This document shows, piece by piece, positions 14,845 through 20,488 of a stretch of 20,488 nt of DNA. Where the stretch lies: assembly GCA_040756235.1 (NCBI GenBank), contig JBFLZG010000119.1, positions 1 to 20,488 on the forward strand. Reading direction: 5' to 3'. The notes under the pieces were generated by a model, which was given only the letters and a program-made list of their open reading frames with translations, made no database searches and was not told where the DNA came from. The position numbers and the translations under genes are program-made. Each line of letters begins with the position of its first letter. The first letter of the stretch is position 1. This DNA comes from a bacterium (GTDB lineage Bacteria; Desulfobacterota; DSWW01).

Positions 14845-15759
14845 ATGGGATACCTGGACGCAAAGGTGGCCGTGGTGACCGGAGCGGGCAGGGGCATCGG
14901 CCGCAAGATCGCCCTCCTCATGGCCGCCGAGGGCGCCAAGGTCGTGGTCAACGACCTGGGCGGCTCCGACCACGGCGAAGGCGCGGACACGAGCGTGGCC
15001 GATCAGGTGGTCAACGAGATCCGGCAGGGCGGCGGCCAGGCGGTGAGCAACCCGGATTCGGTGGCTTCGTGGGAGGGGGCCGACCGGATCGTCCGGACCG
15101 CGCTGGAGAGCTTCGGCCGGATCGACGTAGTCGTGAACAACGCCGGCATCCTCCGGGACAGGATCATCTTCAAGATGAGCGAGCAGGAGTGGGACGCGGT
15201 CATCAACGTGCACCTGAAGGGCACCTTCAACTGCATCCGTGCCGCAGCCCCGCATTTCCGGGAACAGAACGGGGGCCGCTTCATCAACTTCACGTCCACG
15301 AGCGGCCTGATCGGCAACGTGGGCCAGGCCAACTACGGCGCCGCCAAAATGGGCATCGTCGCCCTGAGCAAGATCACGGCCCTGGACATGAAGCGCTACA
15401 ACGTCACCTCCAACTGCATCGCGCCGTTCGCCTGGACGCGCCTGATCGCCACGATCCCCACGGAAAACGAAGCCCAGCGCCGGCGCGTCGAAAAGCTCAA
15501 GAAGATGTCGCCCGCGGACGTGGCCCCGCTCGCCGCCTTTCTCGCCAGCGATCAGGCGGCCGGCATCAACGGCCAGGTCTTCGGCGTGCGCGGCAAGGAG
15601 ATCTTTCTCTTCTCCCAGCCCCGCATCGTCCGGAGCATGCACAAGTCCGAAGGCTGGAAAGTCGAAGACCTTTCGGAGATGCTGGAGGCGACGATGAAGT
15701 CCCACTTCACCCCGGTGGACACGTCGCCCGAGTATATCGGCTGGGACCCATTGGTGTAG
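14845..15759 (+). CDS. SDR oxidoreductase, probable 3-hydroxyacyl-CoA dehydrogenase (MFE-2 dehydrogenase-domain-like)
   Basis: TGAGRGIG, VVVNDLGGS, NNAGILRD, VHLKGTF and GNVGQANYGAAK. AGGAGG RBS. Confidence 0.95.
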   Translation: MGYLDAKVAVVTGAGRGIGRKIALLMAAEGAKVVVNDLGGSDHGEGADTSVADQVVNEIRQGGGQAVSNPDSVASWEGADRIVRTALESFGRIDVVVNNAGILRDRIIFKMSEQEWDAVINVHLKGTFNCIRAAAPHFREQNGGRFINFTSTSGLIGNVGQANYGAAKMGIVALSKITALDMKRYNVTSNCIAPFAWTRLIATIPTENEAQRRRVEKLKKMSPADVAPLAAFLASDQAAGINGQVFGVRGKEIFLFSQPRIVRSMHKSEGWKVEDLSEMLEATMKSHFTPVDTSPEYIGWDPLV

Positions 15760-15896
15760 GAGGCTGCATCCTCCGCCGCTTGCCACATCTCTAAGGTTCA
15801 GAGACAGTAAAACAAGGCTGCGTAATCATCCCTCTTGAGCAAAGACCCCATGACCGGCAGGAGTACATGCAGGATGCCCATGTGCAGCCGAAGACC

Positions 15897-17321
<1,425 letters not shown>

Positions 17322-17344
17322 GCCGGCCACAGGAAACCTATTCA

Positions 17345-17415
17345 GCAGGGGCGTATGGCCATGCGCCCCTACGTCATCCCGGCCCATGTGCGCAGCGCGT
17401 GCGAGCCGGGATCCA
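17345..17415. repeat. GTAG-family REP abutting a CGTC-family REP
   Basis: 17345-17372 reads GTAGGGGCGCATGGCCATACGCCCCTGC on the minus strand. 17372-17415 reads CGTCATCCCGGC...GCCGGGATCCA on the plus strand. Confidence 0.75.
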
Positions 17416-17558
17416 GGAGCTTGCGTCCAGGACAGCGAGAGTCACGGTGAATTCCTGCCCGGTTCAGGCGGCGCGCTGCAGAGTGGCCGGAGGAGGGGAC
17501 CGGGTTGTGACACGGCCTTCTTCGCCGGCATGCCGGGAAGCTGTAGAAGAGTGAATCC

Positions 17559-18746
17559 ATGGAGGGAGGGACGAAGGTGTCGGCAGTGTCCGTGAAGAGG
17601 CCCGGAGTCGGGATCGTCGAGACGAAACACGTCACGTTCGCCCAGCCGCCGGACCGGATGAAGCTCGAGTGCGGCGAATCCCTGGGGCCCGTGACGCTTG
17701 CATACGAGACGTACGGGAAGCTCGACGCCGAGCGCTCCAACGCCGTCCTGATCCTGCACGCTCTGTCCGGAGACGCCCACGCGGCCGGTTACCACGGCGA
17801 GGGGGAACCCCCGGGCTGGTGGGACAACATGATCGGTCCGGGCAAGGCGTTTGACACCAACGAATACTTCGTGGTTTGTTCGAACGTCCTCGGCGGGTGC
17901 AGAGGCTCCCTGGGACCCTCATCCGTCAATCCCGGGACCGGGGAACCGTACGGCCTGCTCTTCCCGGTCATTACGATCCGTGACATGGTCGAGGCCCAGC
18001 GGCATTTGATCGACCACCTGAACATCGGCCGGCTCCTGTGCGTGGCGGGTGGCTCCATGGGAGGCATGCAGGCGCTGCAGTGGGTGGCGTCCCACCCGGA
18101 GCGGGTGCGCTCGGCCATCCCGATCGCCACGGCCCTGAAGCATTCGCCCCAGCAGATCGCGTTCGATGAAGTGGCCCGGCAGGCCATCATGGCCGATCCG
18201 GCCTGGCGCAACGGCCACTACTATCCCTACGGTCAGCCGGAGAAGGGCCTTGCCGTGGCGCGCATGATCGGACACATCACTTTCATGAGCGAGCATTCCA
18301 TGGAGGAGAAGTTCTCCCGCAGGATGAGCAAGCCCGGTTACAGCTTCAGCTTCGCCGGAGATTTCGAAGTGGAGAGCTATCTGCGCTATCGCGGCGACAA
18401 CTTCGTCAAGCGCTTCGACGCCAACTCCTACCTCTACATCACCAAGGCGATGGACTACTTCGATCTGTCCGGCGGGAAGCTCCTTCCTCGGGGCAAGACG
18501 ATCGACACGCGCTTCCTCGTCATCTCCTTCGAGTCCGACTGGCTCTATCCGTCCTGCCAGTCCCAGGAGATCGTCCGCATCCTGAAATCACGCATGGTGG
18601 ATGCCGCCTACTGCGAGATCCGCTCGACCTACGGGCACGACGCTTTCCTGCTGGAGGTCGAGGGGCAATCGGAGCTGATCCGGCACTTTCTGGAGAAAAC
18701 CTACCGCGGATCGCGCCCGACGGTGAACGAGGATGCGCACGCCTGA
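17559..18746 (+). CDS. metX: Homoserine O-acetyltransferase
   Basis: HALSGD, GWWDNMIGPG, SNVLGGCRGS, nucleophile GGSMGG, RFDANSY, SDWLY and YGHDAFL. The true start may be the GTG at 17577, which follows GGGAGGG. Confidence 0.97.
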   Translation: MEGGTKVSAVSVKRPGVGIVETKHVTFAQPPDRMKLECGESLGPVTLAYETYGKLDAERSNAVLILHALSGDAHAAGYHGEGEPPGWWDNMIGPGKAFDTNEYFVVCSNVLGGCRGSLGPSSVNPGTGEPYGLLFPVITIRDMVEAQRHLIDHLNIGRLLCVAGGSMGGMQALQWVASHPERVRSAIPIATALKHSPQQIAFDEVARQAIMADPAWRNGHYYPYGQPEKGLAVARMIGHITFMSEHSMEEKFSRRMSKPGYSFSFAGDFEVESYLRYRGDNFVKRFDANSYLYITKAMDYFDLSGGKLLPRGKTIDTRFLVISFESDWLYPSCQSQEIVRILKSRMVDAAYCEIRSTYGHDAFLLEVEGQSELIRHFLEKTYRGSRPTVNEDAHA

Positions 18747-19329
18747 CCGCCCCGACCACGAGATCATCTACCGCATCATCGAGCCGGGATCGAAGGTCCT
18801 GGACCTGGGATGCGGCAGCGGAGATCTCCTCTACCGCCTGGCCCGCGACAAGGGGGCGAGGGTGCAGGGGATCGAACGCGATCAGATGGCGATCCACGAG
18901 TGCGTGAAGAAGGGGCTGAGCGTCTTTCACGGCAACATCGAGAGCGGGCTTTCCGAATACCCGGACCGCTCCTTCGATTACGTCATCCTCAACCAGAGCA
19001 TGCAGGAGGTGAAGGCGGTGGACGGCGTGATCGAAGAGGCCCTTCGAATCGGGGCCAAGGCCGTGGTCGGCTTCCCCAACTTCGCTCACGCCGGGTCACG
19101 ATGCATGCTGTTCTTCAGGGGCATGGCGCCGGTCACGGACTCCCTGCCTTACTCCTGGTATCAGACGCCCAACGTCCGCTTCCTGAGCGTCACGGACTTC
19201 CGGGACTTCTGCAGGGAGAAGAGGATCCGGGTGCTGGCGGCCCATTTCCTGGGCCGCGGCCGGGAGGTCAGGTTCTGGCCGAACTTGCTGGCTCGGTGCG
19301 CCATCTTCCTTCTGTCGAGAGCTCGATAA
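18733..19329 (+). CDS. metW: Methionine biosynthesis protein MetW (SAM-binding methyltransferase fold)
   Basis: VLDLGCGSG, SFDYVILNQS, GFPNFAH and LPYSWYQTPNVR. It overlaps the 3' end of metX. Confidence 0.95.
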   Translation: MRTPDRPDHEIIYRIIEPGSKVLDLGCGSGDLLYRLARDKGARVQGIERDQMAIHECVKKGLSVFHGNIESGLSEYPDRSFDYVILNQSMQEVKAVDGVIEEALRIGAKAVVGFPNFAHAGSRCMLFFRGMAPVTDSLPYSWYQTPNVRFLSVTDFRDFCREKRIRVLAAHFLGRGREVRFWPNLLARCAIFLLSRAR

Positions 19330-19356
19330 GCACCGCACGACAACCAGGAGGCAACC

Positions 19357-20130
19357 ATGTGGCCGGCTCTGAAAGACGCGGCGAACGCCATCGCACACGC
19401 CAAAGTGGTCATCGGCTTCACGGGGGCCGGCATCTCCACCGAGAGCGGGATCCCCGATTTCCGCACGATGGGCGAGTTCTGGGAGGGCTTCGACCCGGCG
19501 ACGTTCGAGGTGGAGATCGACAACCGGGAAGCCTTCGAGAAGAACCCGGAAAAAGTCTGGCGCTTCTTCTCTCAGGCGATTGCCGTGATGGAACAGGCCC
19601 GGCCGAACGACGGACACAGGGCGCTGGCGCGGCTCGGGCAGCTCGGCCGCCTGGCCGCCATCATCACCCAGAACGTCGAGGGGCTGCACCAGAGGGCCGG
19701 GTCCGAAAACGTGATCGAATTCCACGGCAGCATCCTCATGCTTCACTGCCTCCGGTGCCATGCCGCCTGCTCCTGGGACGAGGTCAGGGACAAGGAGATC
19801 CCGCCCCGCTGCCGCTGCGGGTACGTCCTCAAGCCCCAGGTTCCGCTCTTCGGAGACGAGGTCAACGTGGAGGCCTTCTCGGCAGCGCAGGTGCTGGCCA
19901 TGAACGCCCAGGTCATGCTCGTGGCCGGCTCGCACGGAGCGATCGCGCCCGTGAACCGGATCCCGCTCCTGGCCAAGGAGCACGGCGCCGTGATCGTGGA
20001 GGTGAACAGGGACAAGAGCCTCTACACGGACCGGTACACGGACTTCTTCTTGCAGGGCAGGACGGGCGAGGTTCTCCCTCTGCTCGTGGCCGAGGTTGAG
20101 AAGATCCTGTCTGCCCTTCCCGGCGGGTGA
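19357..20130 (+). CDS. cobB: Sir2/CobB-family NAD-dependent protein deacylase
   Basis: FTGAGISTESGIPDFR, PNDGH, ITQNVEGLHQRAGS, FHGS, zinc site CLRC...CRCG and LFGD. AGGAGG RBS. Confidence 0.9.
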   Translation: MWPALKDAANAIAHAKVVIGFTGAGISTESGIPDFRTMGEFWEGFDPATFEVEIDNREAFEKNPEKVWRFFSQAIAVMEQARPNDGHRALARLGQLGRLAAIITQNVEGLHQRAGSENVIEFHGSILMLHCLRCHAACSWDEVRDKEIPPRCRCGYVLKPQVPLFGDEVNVEAFSAAQVLAMNAQVMLVAGSHGAIAPVNRIPLLAKEHGAVIVEVNRDKSLYTDRYTDFFLQGRTGEVLPLLVAEVEKILSALPGG

Positions 20131-20144
20131 AAGGGCCCGGCCCA

Positions 20145-20360
20145 GGCCGCGAGCTCCCACTGCAGGACCTGCTCGGCCTCCAGCAGCTCTCCGTTCCGGT
20201 TGCGCGCGGGCGGTGGTGGGTCGACAGTGCGGGCAATTTCGGGATCGAGGGCAACCCGATGCCGATGGGGAATCTGCTGCAGTTCAGCCGGGGCAAGGGC
20301 GGCGCCTACCAGCGCTCCACAGCCGGGGGATACATCGGAGGCGACGGTGAGACGAGCTAC
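20145..20360 (+). pseudogene. Probable gene fragment of a hypothetical protein, cut by the terminal MITE
   Basis: The coding-like frame GRELPLQDLLGLQQL...GRWWVDSAGNFGIEG...MGNL...YIGGDGETSY has no clear RBS or N-terminus and runs directly into the inverted repeat at 20361. Confidence 0.5.
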
Positions 20361-20488
20361 TTAGAGCCTGTCCCAAAACGCCCATCTGCGGCGTTGCGCT
20401 CGTCCCTCGTCATTGCGGCGTACTGAAATGTACGCCTCATTCCTCGGGATTTCGCGCGCCTGGCATCTGGGCATTTTTGAACAGGCTC
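20361..20488. mobile_element. Left part of a MITE-like repeat starting with a terminal inverted repeat (TTAGAGCCTGTCCCAA)
   Basis: The 16-bp end is the exact reverse complement of 69-84, and 20434-20488 repeats 1-55 (53/55). Confidence 0.75.

Overview
A 20.5 kb GC-rich bacterial segment, probably from an anaerobic Desulfobacterota-like organism (inferred from gene content), with a copy of the same MITE-like repeat at each end. Left to right: rubredoxin; a minus-strand cluster (in transcription order SCP2 lipid carrier, HgdC-type ATP-dependent activase, two 2-hydroxyacyl-CoA dehydratase/benzoyl-CoA reductase family subunits, double-HTH MerR regulator, GMC flavoprotein, PaaK-like CoA ligase); a divergent pair (MddA/NnrU-like membrane methyltransferase and a stand-alone acetyl-CoA synthase middle-domain protein); a small Cys-rich protein, DUF169 and an archaeal/eukaryote-type Pth2; an acyl-CoA dehydrogenase, MaoC pair and SDR operon; then metY-metX-metW and a divergent sirtuin. 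The best candidate for a new system is the metY leader. It does not match the SAM-I riboswitch, but it holds a short Met/Cys-containing uORF over three overlapping alternative hairpins ending in a strong intrinsic terminator, which is the geometry of a leader-peptide attenuator. The second is the SCP2-linked radical dehydratase/reductase cluster. Intergenic regions carry at least four unrelated small repeat families. All family assignments come from motifs recognised by eye; no database search or folding program was run.
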